From a virus (Duplodnaviria > Heunggongvirae > Uroviricota > Caudoviricetes), in the IMG/VR virus record IMGVR_UViG_3300027808_000015: a stretch of DNA of 64,000 bases; one strand, written 5' to 3'. Below are positions 19,394-27,466 of the stretch, piece after piece. Positions within the stretch are counted from its first letter, which is position 1. Each line of letters opens with the position of its first letter. Both the position numbers and the translations under genes were made by a program. The notes under the pieces were generated by a model. That model saw only the letters and a list, made by a program, of their open reading frames with translations, ran no database searches and was not told where the DNA came from.

Positions 19394-20778
19394 ATTAAAT
19401 GCGCTAGTTCCGGAAATGTAGATTTAAAATCTGTTCCACGTATCGCTTCTAATTTTTCAATGTATTCTTTAAATGCAGGCAACTGCTCACTGTGATCTTC
19501 AGAGTCCATAAAGTTTAGTACTGCTTGCCAACGCTTCCAACCGTAAGGATTTTGTTTCCAAAAATCTTCGTCTTGCCTGTAGTTTGCATGTAACCAGTTA
19601 GCAAGGTCTGTAAAACTCTTACGAACTTCTTCTTTGTCTGCTTCAGGCAATAACTTAATGCTTAGGTATGTGGGTATATACAACAGATGCATATTAATAA
19701 TTCCACCACCTGCTTGTATGCCGCCTACTGTATTTTCAAGATTTACTTTTTTAAAGTTCTGTGTAATCTTCCACTTGGCAAAATCTGCTAGGTGTTTGAT
19801 GTTTAATAGCTGTATTGCAGTAGCAATACTAACTTGTATGTTGTCAGGTGTGTTATCTAGCTTGTGAAGATTACGTTCGATAGTAGCCCAATCACTAGGA
19901 TAGCGTATATAGTAATTACGGTCACTGACAGCGTCAATGCTAAAACCCACTTTGACCTTTTTAAATTTTTTCCATAGTTCGATAATTTCGTCATCTACTA
20001 GTAGTCCATTTGTATTGTACCGTACAAGGATCTTGTCTGCGTATCCCTGTCTAATAATTTCCTCCAGGAACCATTTATGCTCACGAATCATCAAAGGTTC
20101 ACCACCAGCAAAATAAACTTGCTTTAGGTTAGGAATCTGTGCGTACATCTCTTTCCAGAAGTCTGGATTTTCATGCCACTTGTTGTTGAACTCTTTTCGA
20201 TTCCACACTAACTGATCTTTAAGTAACTTGTGTTCAAATAGAGGATATATCTTTTTATGGTCGCCTACCCACTGACTACTGTCGTGCGGACTACACATAA
20301 CACATTTAAGATTACAGGTGTGCCCTAAGCGCAAATCCAAGTAAACCAGTTTCTCAGGTACTGTACCGTCTTCCTCAGTTTGCTTGATAAGCTCTTCAAT
20401 GTCAATTCCATCTTCCATCCAAGAACCTGTTTCCCAAATACGCTTGCTGGCAACACCTCGAGATTCTTCAGCAATACACTTACTACAACTAGCAGGTATC
20501 TTTCCTTCCAGCATGGTCAAGCGTACATCTTTCATGTACTCGTTGTTCCAAGCACTCATAGGAGTTTCAAGTCCAAAGTTAGCAGGTACACCCTTTTCAT
20601 TTTTAACTAGTCCGGCATCATATACACCGTCTTTTGCACCACTGGCATTTGCACTACAGCACAGACGCATGTCGCCATTTGGGCGGGTAGCAAAGTGTAT
20701 CCATGGTAGTACGCAGAACGTCTTGCTTCCCGACACTACTTCAATTTTATCTTGCCACTGTTTAATCTTGTTTTCCAT
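19390..20778 (-). CDS. radical SAM enzyme, subfamily with N-terminal Cys-rich domain
   Basis: 462 aa. GHTCNLKCVMCSPH. N-terminal SKTFCVLPWIHFATRPNGDMRLCCS and a C-terminal FKSTFPELAHLI, both paralogous to the ORFs at 15119 and 40033. Confidence 0.7.
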   Translation of the reverse strand: MENKIKQWQDKIEVVSGSKTFCVLPWIHFATRPNGDMRLCCSANASGAKDGVYDAGLVKNEKGVPANFGLETPMSAWNNEYMKDVRLTMLEGKIPASCSKCIAEESRGVASKRIWETGSWMEDGIDIEELIKQTEEDGTVPEKLVYLDLRLGHTCNLKCVMCSPHDSSQWVGDHKKIYPLFEHKLLKDQLVWNRKEFNNKWHENPDFWKEMYAQIPNLKQVYFAGGEPLMIREHKWFLEEIIRQGYADKILVRYNTNGLLVDDEIIELWKKFKKVKVGFSIDAVSDRNYYIRYPSDWATIERNLHKLDNTPDNIQVSIATAIQLLNIKHLADFAKWKITQNFKKVNLENTVGGIQAGGGIINMHLLYIPTYLSIKLLPEADKEEVRKSFTDLANWLHANYRQDEDFWKQNPYGWKRWQAVLNFMDSEDHSEQLPAFKEYIEKLEAIRGTDFKSTFPELAHLI

Positions 20779-20785
20779 ATTTCTC

Positions 20786-21751
20786 TCAATTAAATTGTTC
20801 GTGAAATCTATCTACTTCGCCGCATTGTTTTGCACATTCTTTTAGTGGATCACATGCCCAAGTATTTTCAATTTTAGTAAACATATTCTGTTTGAACAAT
20901 TCTGCTAATGTGTGTTTATGTAGGTCTAATCTAGTTCCTATCTTATCCATGTAGTCTATGCGGTTAGGATTGTTAGGAGATTGCCATTCATTGTCTAACC
21001 AACAACATGGACTTACTATGCCAGTTGCACTAACATATAGGCTTTTTTCTTTTTGTACTTTACAACTTATAGTTTTAACTTCTTTGTTAACAAGTATCTG
21101 TTTACTTCTATCTGTAGGATATAGTATATGTATAGTCTGTCCTTCTTTGTTTAAAACATTTAATTGTTCATCTCGAAATCTAGCAGTATTTTTTGATACA
21201 AACTGTTTAAAGCCAAGTTCTACACTTAGTTGTTTACAGTCGTTGACTTGATGTTTGTTATGTTCAAATATTAACATGTCCCATGTAGCGTTACCGCCGG
21301 CTTGTATAAAATTACAAGCGTTATCTATAATTTTGTCAAAGTGTGTGCCTATACGATATAAGCTATGGGTATCTTCTAATCCATCAATCCCAAATCGAAC
21401 ATGTACCCCTAACCCAGCAATACTTTTCCAAAATGATTGGCTTTTTGCAGAACCGTTTGTATTCATACTTAGGCTGATTGTAGGATTGATCTCACGCAGG
21501 TATTCAAATATTTTTAAAGTATCTTTAGCAACTATTGGATCACCTAAGTTACCGCACATAAACAATCTATCTAACTGTTGGATAAACCCTGCTGAGAACC
21601 AGGTTTTAAATTGTTCAATAGTAATTTCTGTAACTGTCATAAACGGATTGTCAATACCACCTTGTATATTGCGAGCACACATAGGACAACTTGCCTGACA
21701 GCGACTAGTTACTTCTAAGTGTACTGTTTTAATATCTGCTAAGTTATACAT
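20786..21751 (-). CDS. radical SAM enzyme
   Basis: 321 aa. EVTSRCQASCPMCARN (CxxxCxxC), with additional cysteines (SPCCW, CDPLKECAKQC). Confidence 0.65.
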   Translation of the reverse strand: MYNLADIKTVHLEVTSRCQASCPMCARNIQGGIDNPFMTVTEITIEQFKTWFSAGFIQQLDRLFMCGNLGDPIVAKDTLKIFEYLREINPTISLSMNTNGSAKSQSFWKSIAGLGVHVRFGIDGLEDTHSLYRIGTHFDKIIDNACNFIQAGGNATWDMLIFEHNKHQVNDCKQLSVELGFKQFVSKNTARFRDEQLNVLNKEGQTIHILYPTDRSKQILVNKEVKTISCKVQKEKSLYVSATGIVSPCCWLDNEWQSPNNPNRIDYMDKIGTRLDLHKHTLAELFKQNMFTKIENTWACDPLKECAKQCGEVDRFHEQFN

Positions 21752-22340
21752 TAGGTGAACCTATTAACATGTACCTAGTATACAAAGGTAGTTCCAACTC
21801 TCCGGCCCAAATTACATTGATGCCGCATTGTTGTTTAAATTCTTCCAAACTGTTAGAGATCCTAACATGCTCTTCTATATTGTAATTATTGCTTTGTAGT
21901 ACTAAAAGACTGTTATGTGACATGCCACTTAACCATATGTCATATTGGTCTTGAGTTATATGTTCACAACTAGTGTTAATAACTACATCTGCATCACTGC
22001 GAATAGCGCACATATCTGCTGTAACTGCTCGAAATTTGCCTACTATTTCTTCGATCTTGTTCATGTTAACAGCAATAGGCTCGCAGGCAGGATCAATATC
22101 AATGCTACGGATGTTGATAATTGGAACATCACTTTGAAATAGCATACTGGCTAGTACACCAACCCATCCGCCGTGAATGTCAATACTAACAAACTTTTTT
22201 ACATGTGCTCTAAGATTAACTATCAACCATTCTTTACTTTTAAGTTGACCTGACCAAAAGGCATCCATGGTCCGCATAGGATCTGGACTTTGTCTAATAG
22301 CCTGCATCCAATAGTGTAAGTGTTCTGTATCTAGTAACAT
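21744..22340 (-). CDS. hypothetical protein (possible class I SAM-dependent methyltransferase)
   Basis: 198 aa. The glycine-rich VSIDIHGGWVGVLAS followed by an acidic residue (IRSIDIDPA) is loosely Rossmann MTase-like. Weak. Confidence 0.3.
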   Translation of the reverse strand: MLLDTEHLHYWMQAIRQSPDPMRTMDAFWSGQLKSKEWLIVNLRAHVKKFVSIDIHGGWVGVLASMLFQSDVPIINIRSIDIDPACEPIAVNMNKIEEIVGKFRAVTADMCAIRSDADVVINTSCEHITQDQYDIWLSGMSHNSLLVLQSNNYNIEEHVRISNSLEEFKQQCGINVIWAGELELPLYTRYMLIGSPNV

Positions 22341-23098
22341 TATAAATTTATCATATTTGCAATTCGTTGAGCTGTTATTGCATGTGTCTTTGGGCCGTGG
22401 TGCATTATGTCTCGAGCTTCATCAACATTCTCTAGATAACCACAATCTAGCAATTTAGCTGTTTCAGTAAAAAAACTAAATTCACAATAAGCAGTATCTT
22501 CCCACAGGGTTTTACTTATCTTGCTAGCAAACAATGCATGTACCTTGCTGTGAGAATCATCTTTAATCCAGTAGTGCCAATAATTATCCTCTTCGTCTTG
22601 ATTCCAATTGCCATGTGATATTATATTTCTTTTCTCATAGTACGCTATTCTACTGTAGTCTGGCCACAACTGCACCACTGCTAGTGGTGTAGGATAATTA
22701 CTTCTAAGAATAGATGAATTATGAAAATTAAACATCATTGAGGATCCACCAACACCCATGTTAATGACTGGTTTGTTAATAAGTCTAGATAGTTGAGCAG
22801 GCGTAGTATCTGCATCGTCAATCCCTACACCAAATGCATTAGAGCATCCAAACACTACTACAGAGTTTGCCCAGTCAATTTTTTTAAATTCGTCTGAACG
22901 GTAACCGTCTTTATTAAATGTATAACGGACTTGGTTATTCCTGTAGTACCAGTCTGCAGGTTTTGTTTTTAAATTTTGTTCGTATAGTTCTTTGGTGTCA
23001 GTGCCTGACCAATTTTTACCAACTAGAGCATTTACTGGAAGAAATTTGTTTTTCTTTACTAAACCGGGTATAGTTGACAATATTAAATCGTTATGCAT
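22340..23098 (-). CDS. GDSL/SGNH-like hydrolase paralog (putative)
   Basis: 252 aa. VVFGCSNAFGVG and MGVGGSSMMF, paralogous to the ORF at 5259..6011. Confidence 0.3.
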   Translation of the reverse strand: MHNDLILSTIPGLVKKNKFLPVNALVGKNWSGTDTKELYEQNLKTKPADWYYRNNQVRYTFNKDGYRSDEFKKIDWANSVVVFGCSNAFGVGIDDADTTPAQLSRLINKPVINMGVGGSSMMFNFHNSSILRSNYPTPLAVVQLWPDYSRIAYYEKRNIISHGNWNQDEEDNYWHYWIKDDSHSKVHALFASKISKTLWEDTAYCEFSFFTETAKLLDCGYLENVDEARDIMHHGPKTHAITAQRIANMINL

Positions 23099-24048
23099 TT
23101 TGGTATCTTACTGTCAGCACTACTAACACAGCTAGGAGTGATACAGCGAGTAGGTTCTTTAAATAATTCGAAACTGTCTATCGTGCCTAACGGAGCTTCA
23201 TGACAACTGTATGCACGTTTGACTTCGTTACCTCGTATTATAACACTTTGATATCCTGCATTGCAAGTCCAATCTTTAAACTTGTTAAAACCAAATGCAT
23301 TAAATCTTTCTGCCTGATCCAAGTAGTAATCCTTATTACCGTCACTGAGTCTAATTTGGTAAACTTCTTCACCAAATGCCCGTTGTGGGAAACCTTCACG
23401 CATTAACTTGATCATGTCTTCAGTATAACCATCTACAACCGCACTCGCTGTAGGATCACTTTGCGGCTTGAGTGTTACGTTAATTCCACGTTTGTGGAAT
23501 CGTTCCATACGAGCATACAATTCGTCAAACTTTTCAGGCACCATTACTTGATTAATTGTAACGTGTACAAGTTCATATTGTAACTGTAAACACTTGTCGC
23601 CAAACTCTTGCTCTTTGGCAAACTCATCGTGAAAGCTGGCTGTAATACTACGGCGTTGTAATAACGCGGTATTGGCGCACCAAGTGTTCCACCATTTGCT
23701 ACCGGGACTCAAATTGGTAGTCATATGGATACTTTGGTAAGGGCTTTCAGTTTCGTCCAAATGTTTAACAAGATCATTCAACTGTTTGTATGCTGTAGGC
23801 TCACCACCGCTGAAGCTCCAGTGGAATTGATTGAAGCCATTAGCTCGTGCTTGCCGCTTGATCTCGTCCACGGTGGCTTTATACACGTCAAGTGGTTGAT
23901 GATCAACTTTATCACTGCGGGCATAGGGCCAACAGTAACTACAATTGTAATTACAAAACCTACCCAAAATCCAACTAGTAGAGAATAATGGACGGTCTAA
24001 CATAGTCTGTTGTCCAAAACGTATTATTTGTTCAAATGGAATCTGCAT
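23083..24048 (-). CDS. radical SAM enzyme
   Basis: 321 aa. ILGRFCNYNCSYCWPY (CxxxCxxC), with C-terminal CITPSCVSSADSKIPKC. Confidence 0.7.
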   Translation of the reverse strand: MQIPFEQIIRFGQQTMLDRPLFSTSWILGRFCNYNCSYCWPYARSDKVDHQPLDVYKATVDEIKRQARANGFNQFHWSFSGGEPTAYKQLNDLVKHLDETESPYQSIHMTTNLSPGSKWWNTWCANTALLQRRSITASFHDEFAKEQEFGDKCLQLQYELVHVTINQVMVPEKFDELYARMERFHKRGINVTLKPQSDPTASAVVDGYTEDMIKLMREGFPQRAFGEEVYQIRLSDGNKDYYLDQAERFNAFGFNKFKDWTCNAGYQSVIIRGNEVKRAYSCHEAPLGTIDSFELFKEPTRCITPSCVSSADSKIPKCITI

Positions 24049-24091
24049 TATAGCTGTATTTAATACACAACGCCATTGGGTCCAAAATAAC

Positions 24092-24120
24092 TTGACTTTA
24101 ACTTGTTCTGACTATATAAT
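24092..24120 (+). promoter_or_regulatory. sigma-70-type consensus promoter driving the tRNA-like RNA
   Basis: TTGACT, 17-nt spacer, TATAAT. The -10 element ends 6 nt before the first base of the acceptor stem. Confidence 0.6.
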
Positions 24121-24126
24121 TATGAC

Positions 24127-24237
24127 GTAGACGTGAGTGGAACTTGGTATACCTCCTCCTAGTAGCTTCGGCGAACGGAGGGAACTGGGCTAGCCCATTG
24201 GGTGCCTTTGTAGGTTCGAATCCTACCGTCTACACCA
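24127..24237 (+). tRNA. tRNA-like RNA, 111 nt, non-canonical
   Basis: The 5' GTAGACG pairs perfectly with CGTCTAC immediately 3' of a canonical T-arm (GTAGG-TTCGAAT-CCTAC). A discriminator A and CCA follow. The interior is about 35 nt longer than a class I tRNA. It contains CCTCC...GGAGG enclosing a GC-UUCG-GC hairpin, plus the palindromes GGTATACC and GGGCTAGCCC. No canonical anticodon arm could be folded by eye. Confidence 0.5.
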
Positions 24238-24263
24238 TTTTATTAACACACACAGAGGCACGT

Positions 24264-24647
24264 ATGAAAAAGTTAGATTTAGTAAAGATAGTAGGCACAA
24301 TCCTAGTCGCTACACTTTGCGTTCTTGGCAGTAAATATATCAGAAACAATGATAACCCTAGTGTTGAGATTAATCAAGGTGGTTTTAATTATAGAGATCC
24401 AGACTCAACTTTTGATGCTAGTAAACTTAACACTAACCAAACTCAAATTACTTGGAGAGTGGTACCCGATGTCCAAAAGGCTTGTGAAGCTGAAAGTCGT
24501 AATTTGGGTAATAAAGGATTCGGTTATATGGTACAGGCATGTAGCTTTTGGGCGCAGACTACTTGCACTATCATAACTGGCAAGAACGCTACCATGCATC
24601 AGTTAGGTCACGAAACACTGCATTGTTTTAAAGGAAACTTTCACTAA
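24264..24647 (+). CDS. membrane-anchored/secreted protein with C-terminal HExxH
   Basis: The start is likely the ATG at about 24264 (MKKLDLVKIVGTILVATLCVLG, an N-terminal hydrophobic anchor). The track start at 24144 would overlap the tRNA-like gene. The C-terminus is GHETLHCFKGNFH. Confidence 0.5.
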   Translation: MKKLDLVKIVGTILVATLCVLGSKYIRNNDNPSVEINQGGFNYRDPDSTFDASKLNTNQTQITWRVVPDVQKACEAESRNLGNKGFGYMVQACSFWAQTTCTIITGKNATMHQLGHETLHCFKGNFH

Positions 24648-25204
24648 TGAAAAAAGTAGCATCAAGCCCTGAACGCAATACCTTTCAAAAGGAAGGCGCA
24701 ATTAGGCGAGCAGAAGAAGCAGGCGAAGAACCCAATCAAGCATACATTGACATGTGGGAACAGATCAAGATCGATGATGCTAACAAGATTCACGATCCTG
24801 CTTGGCAAAAGAATAACATGGAATATGATTTGCGCTCAAGCAAAGAACTATGCGACAAAGTCAAAGCAAGTGACAATTATGCTCAAAACTTGTATGCGGC
24901 AATGTGTAACATGACTTGGCAAAGCAGAGAGTTTTGGCAAGAGATGAAGGGCGAAGTATGGTCAGCTAGTTGGCGTCACAGTGGTGGCATTGTTGCTGAC
25001 ATGCAGGAAAAGGGTGACTACATTGATTGGTACTGTAGTGGTATTGGCAATGAAGAATCCGGCTACGGGTTAGATCACTGTGAGCCTACTACAGACACAG
25101 TTGGACGTAACTATGTGCCGGAAGGTGTTGTAACTGAAGAAATAGAATTAGACTTAAACCGCTTAGGTTGGCGGCCTGTTCCTTGGAATGATAACGAAGA
25201 TTAA
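24647..25204 (+). CDS. hypothetical protein
   Basis: 185-aa ORF, ATGA-coupled. Confidence 0.55.
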   Translation: MKKVASSPERNTFQKEGAIRRAEEAGEEPNQAYIDMWEQIKIDDANKIHDPAWQKNNMEYDLRSSKELCDKVKASDNYAQNLYAAMCNMTWQSREFWQEMKGEVWSASWRHSGGIVADMQEKGDYIDWYCSGIGNEESGYGLDHCEPTTDTVGRNYVPEGVVTEEIELDLNRLGWRPVPWNDNED

Positions 25205-25216
25205 AGTAAATATATT

Positions 25217-25393
25217 ATGACAAAAACAACTTACAAAGCAGAAGAACTATTTGAAGACATTGAGGGTGATCCTGATAATGTCATTTTTAAAATTCCACCT
25301 GAAATTTGCGAAGCACAGGGCTGGGTAGAAGGCGACACAATTAACATTAAAGTAGAAGATGGTGCTATGGTACTGTCCAAGGTAAATGGCTAA
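25217..25393 (+). CDS. AbrB/MazE-like swapped-hairpin small protein (putative)
   Basis: 58 aa (MTKTTYKAEELFEDIEGDPDNVIFKIPPEICEAQGWVEGDTINIKVEDGAMVLSKVNG). It resembles MazE/AbrB (...GDxVxIxVEDGxLVL...). Its stop overlaps the infA start. Not in the ORF track because it is shorter than 60 aa. Confidence 0.35.
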   Translation: MTKTTYKAEELFEDIEGDPDNVIFKIPPEICEAQGWVEGDTINIKVEDGAMVLSKVNG

Positions 25394-25604
25394 AGACGAT
25401 ATTATTGAATTAGTAGGAACAGTTGAAGAAGTATTACCCGGAAACATGTTCAGGGTTAAGGTAGATCAAGCACCAAAACCAATTTTGTGCTACATGGGTG
25501 GTAAACTAAAACAACACAAAATTAGGATAATTTTGGGTGACAAGGTTAAATTGGAAATTAGTCCGTACGACCTTACCAAGGGCAGAGTAACTTATAGGTT
25601 GTAA
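25386..25604 (+). CDS. infA: translation initiation factor IF-1
   Basis: The 72-aa sequence MAKDDIIELVGTVEEVLPGNMFRVKVDQAPKPILCYMGGKLKQHKIRIILGDKVKLEISPYDLTKGRVTYRL aligns along its whole length with bacterial IF-1 ([30 protein letters not shown]...[35 protein letters not shown]). Confidence 0.9.
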   Translation: MAKDDIIELVGTVEEVLPGNMFRVKVDQAPKPILCYMGGKLKQHKIRIILGDKVKLEISPYDLTKGRVTYRL

Positions 25605-25606
25605 CT

Positions 25607-26281
25607 ATGAATTCAATAATGGAAACTATATGTTTAATTTGTACTCGGGTTAGACACAAGACTAAACAAGATACTAGTTTTCCAAAGTTATTAGTAGAGT
25701 TGCGGCGTGGATTCAAAAGAGCAGGATTAGATTTAAAAATAAGGTCGCAAACAAAGAAGTTTCTTGACACAAAAGAATTTTATGTAAACGCATATTATGA
25801 TCCCGAAGATGATCAAAATAGAGAAACTCCTATAGAAGTAATCATATATCATAATTTTGATAAAGATATTGTTTGGACTAATAAGCAGATAACAGAATTA
25901 CTTGTTCAAGTTTTTGACGCTACAGTACACGAGTACAAACATCAACGCCAAAGTCGCAAACGTGACTATACAGAGTTTTGGAAACGAGTTGACGCTGAAC
26001 AACAATTCCACGAGTACTTACAAGACCCAGATGAGCTAGATGCTTATGCACTTAGTATCGCAATTGAGCTATGTCGGACAGTTGGTAAATTTCGAGCATT
26101 ACGTTATATGCCCAAATTTACAACATTGGCTAGACTTAAAGTACAAGAACAGTATGTTAGTCCAAATTTAAACGCATACGTTAGCCATTTTGAAAAACCC
26201 ATTAGTCCCTTATTAAGACGACTTGCCAAAAAGGTCTATGTGCGCCTGATGAAAGTTGACACAGACCATATTTTCATGTAA
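25607..26281 (+). CDS. hypothetical protein
   Basis: 224-aa ORF. Confidence 0.55.
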   Translation: MNSIMETICLICTRVRHKTKQDTSFPKLLVELRRGFKRAGLDLKIRSQTKKFLDTKEFYVNAYYDPEDDQNRETPIEVIIYHNFDKDIVWTNKQITELLVQVFDATVHEYKHQRQSRKRDYTEFWKRVDAEQQFHEYLQDPDELDAYALSIAIELCRTVGKFRALRYMPKFTTLARLKVQEQYVSPNLNAYVSHFEKPISPLLRRLAKKVYVRLMKVDTDHIFM

Positions 26282-26284
26282 AAT
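26256..26284 (+). promoter_or_regulatory. sigma-70-type promoter
   Basis: TTGACA, 17 nt, TAAAAT, about 35 nt upstream of the 26318 gene. Confidence 0.45.
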
Positions 26285-26317
26285 ACAAAGTATATTAACT
26301 CACACACAGAGCGTACA

Positions 26318-27004
26318 ATGAAAGAGTTTCCTACCCAACAAGTTCTTGAGCTGGCTTGTGCGGCACAACGGATTAACGGTGCTTATATTAAAGAGGATGC
26401 GCCAGTGTATTCGGAAGATGGTGCGTTCATGTATATCAAACATACTAACAAGATGCAGATGCTGTGTACTCTACTTCCAAACAATTGGACAGCTGATCCA
26501 AAAGATTCTCCAATGCCACTTAAGGTCATGCCTGAAGATACTGTACAGGCAGATGAAATTAGAAAGCATTTCAGAAAATTCTTGTTCAGTGCTATCGAAG
26601 GCGAAAACGATTTCCAAACCAACATCAACACAATTTTATCCAGCGACACTGTCAAGCAAAATCAATTTGGTTATGTGGCCTGTTTGCCCAGCGTGTATGT
26701 TCGAGACATTGCTCAAACCAAGGTTAAACGTGCGGCACAGCAAGTTGAAGAAGGTCATTTGGCAGAAATTGGCATACAACTCAAAGATTTGGATGCGGAA
26801 ATTATTTCATCAGTTAAGTCAAAAAACTTTGAGGGTTACAATATAGATGCTATAATCAACAATAGGATGGTATCGTGGCTTAACAAAACTAACCTTAATT
26901 TAGGTGCGTGTGTTATAGTCAAAGCTAAAGTTAAAGATCATTCTAAACATTGGAAGCACGGTAACGACGTAACTAGACTTAACTATGTAAAGGCGGCACA
27001 ATGA
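26318..27004 (+). CDS. hypothetical protein
   Basis: 228-aa ORF. The overlapping 26346..26846 ORF is in an alternative frame and probably spurious. Confidence 0.55.
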   Translation: MKEFPTQQVLELACAAQRINGAYIKEDAPVYSEDGAFMYIKHTNKMQMLCTLLPNNWTADPKDSPMPLKVMPEDTVQADEIRKHFRKFLFSAIEGENDFQTNINTILSSDTVKQNQFGYVACLPSVYVRDIAQTKVKRAAQQVEEGHLAEIGIQLKDLDAEIISSVKSKNFEGYNIDAIINNRMVSWLNKTNLNLGACVIVKAKVKDHSKHWKHGNDVTRLNYVKAAQ

Positions 27005-27219
27005 CATACAGTTGGATTTTAATTATTGCAATGCATAACCCCGCAGGCGATTTTATGCGTAAAGACACGCTACGATTTAATAGTCAAAAAGACTGCGAGG
27101 CAGTACGTGTACAACTACCAAATTTAGATCACCCGTTGCGGGTACAACATAAAGGATTGTGTGTGACTCGAGATCATTGGGAAGGTAAGAAACAAATGCC
27201 AGGAGTAGCATATGACTAA
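27001..27219 (+). CDS. hypothetical protein
   Basis: 72-aa ORF, ATGA-coupled. Confidence 0.4.
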   Translation: MTYSWILIIAMHNPAGDFMRKDTLRFNSQKDCEAVRVQLPNLDHPLRVQHKGLCVTRDHWEGKKQMPGVAYD

Positions 27220-27466
27220 AGAGAAACATAAGAAGTATCAATGGATCGACGGTGAAACTGCGGATCGCATTACTAGTCTTAACCTAAAAGACTATCGTGC
27301 GTATCTTAAGAAAGAAATCAAGCAGTGGAAGAAGAATCCAAAATCAGATGCTAACCCTACTGGCTACTGGCTACACCCAGAAGATGTAGGCCTTAACATT
27401 CAAACTATTGCGGCACTGGATTTGATTATCAGTCATTTTCCAGAAACATCGGATGAAATAAAATGA
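27212..27466 (+). CDS. hypothetical protein
   Basis: 84-aa ORF, coupled. Confidence 0.45.
   Translation: MTKEKHKKYQWIDGETADRITSLNLKDYRAYLKKEIKQWKKNPKSDANPTGYWLHPEDVGLNIQTIAALDLIISHFPETSDEIK

Noticed and set aside
136-24048. RiPP (ribosomal peptide) biosynthetic cluster with a precursor peptide encoded inside the island
   Set aside because: There is essentially no intergenic space (under 200 nt total) and no small Cys/Ser/Thr-rich ORF within the island. A peptide substrate would have to be encoded elsewhere, such as the 46-aa Cys-rich peptide at 33951 or a virion protein. The amidinotransferase, aminotransferase and SDR genes favour a non-peptide substrate.
24127-24237. Idea that the tRNA-like sequence is just a phage attP remnant carrying the 3' end of a host tRNA, or a tRNA interrupted by a group I intron
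   Set aside because: A perfect 7-bp 5' acceptor complement is present 100 nt upstream, exactly 6 nt after a consensus -10 element, so it looks like a discrete transcribed RNA. No integrase is nearby. The extra ~35 nt is far too short for a group I intron.
24144-24263. Upstream extension of the 24144..24647 ORF
   Set aside because: The first 40 codons overlap the tRNA-like gene and its 3' flank. An ATG at about 24264, with a purine-rich stretch before it, starts a hydrophobic signal or anchor sequence and is the more plausible start.
24264-24647. Metzincin-type protease call for the C-terminal HETLHCFKGNFH
   Set aside because: The spacing is one residue longer than HExxHxxGxxH, and the motif sits at the extreme C-terminus with no room for a Met-turn. 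It is reported only as an HExxH-containing protein.
26346-26846. 166-aa alternative-frame ORF overlapping the 26318..27004 gene, and 31327..31539 overlapping the lipoprotein gene
   Set aside because: They are in a different frame on the same strand as a longer ORF. The longer ORF fits the operon coupling (ATGA overlaps), and in the second case it carries a signal peptide and lipobox.
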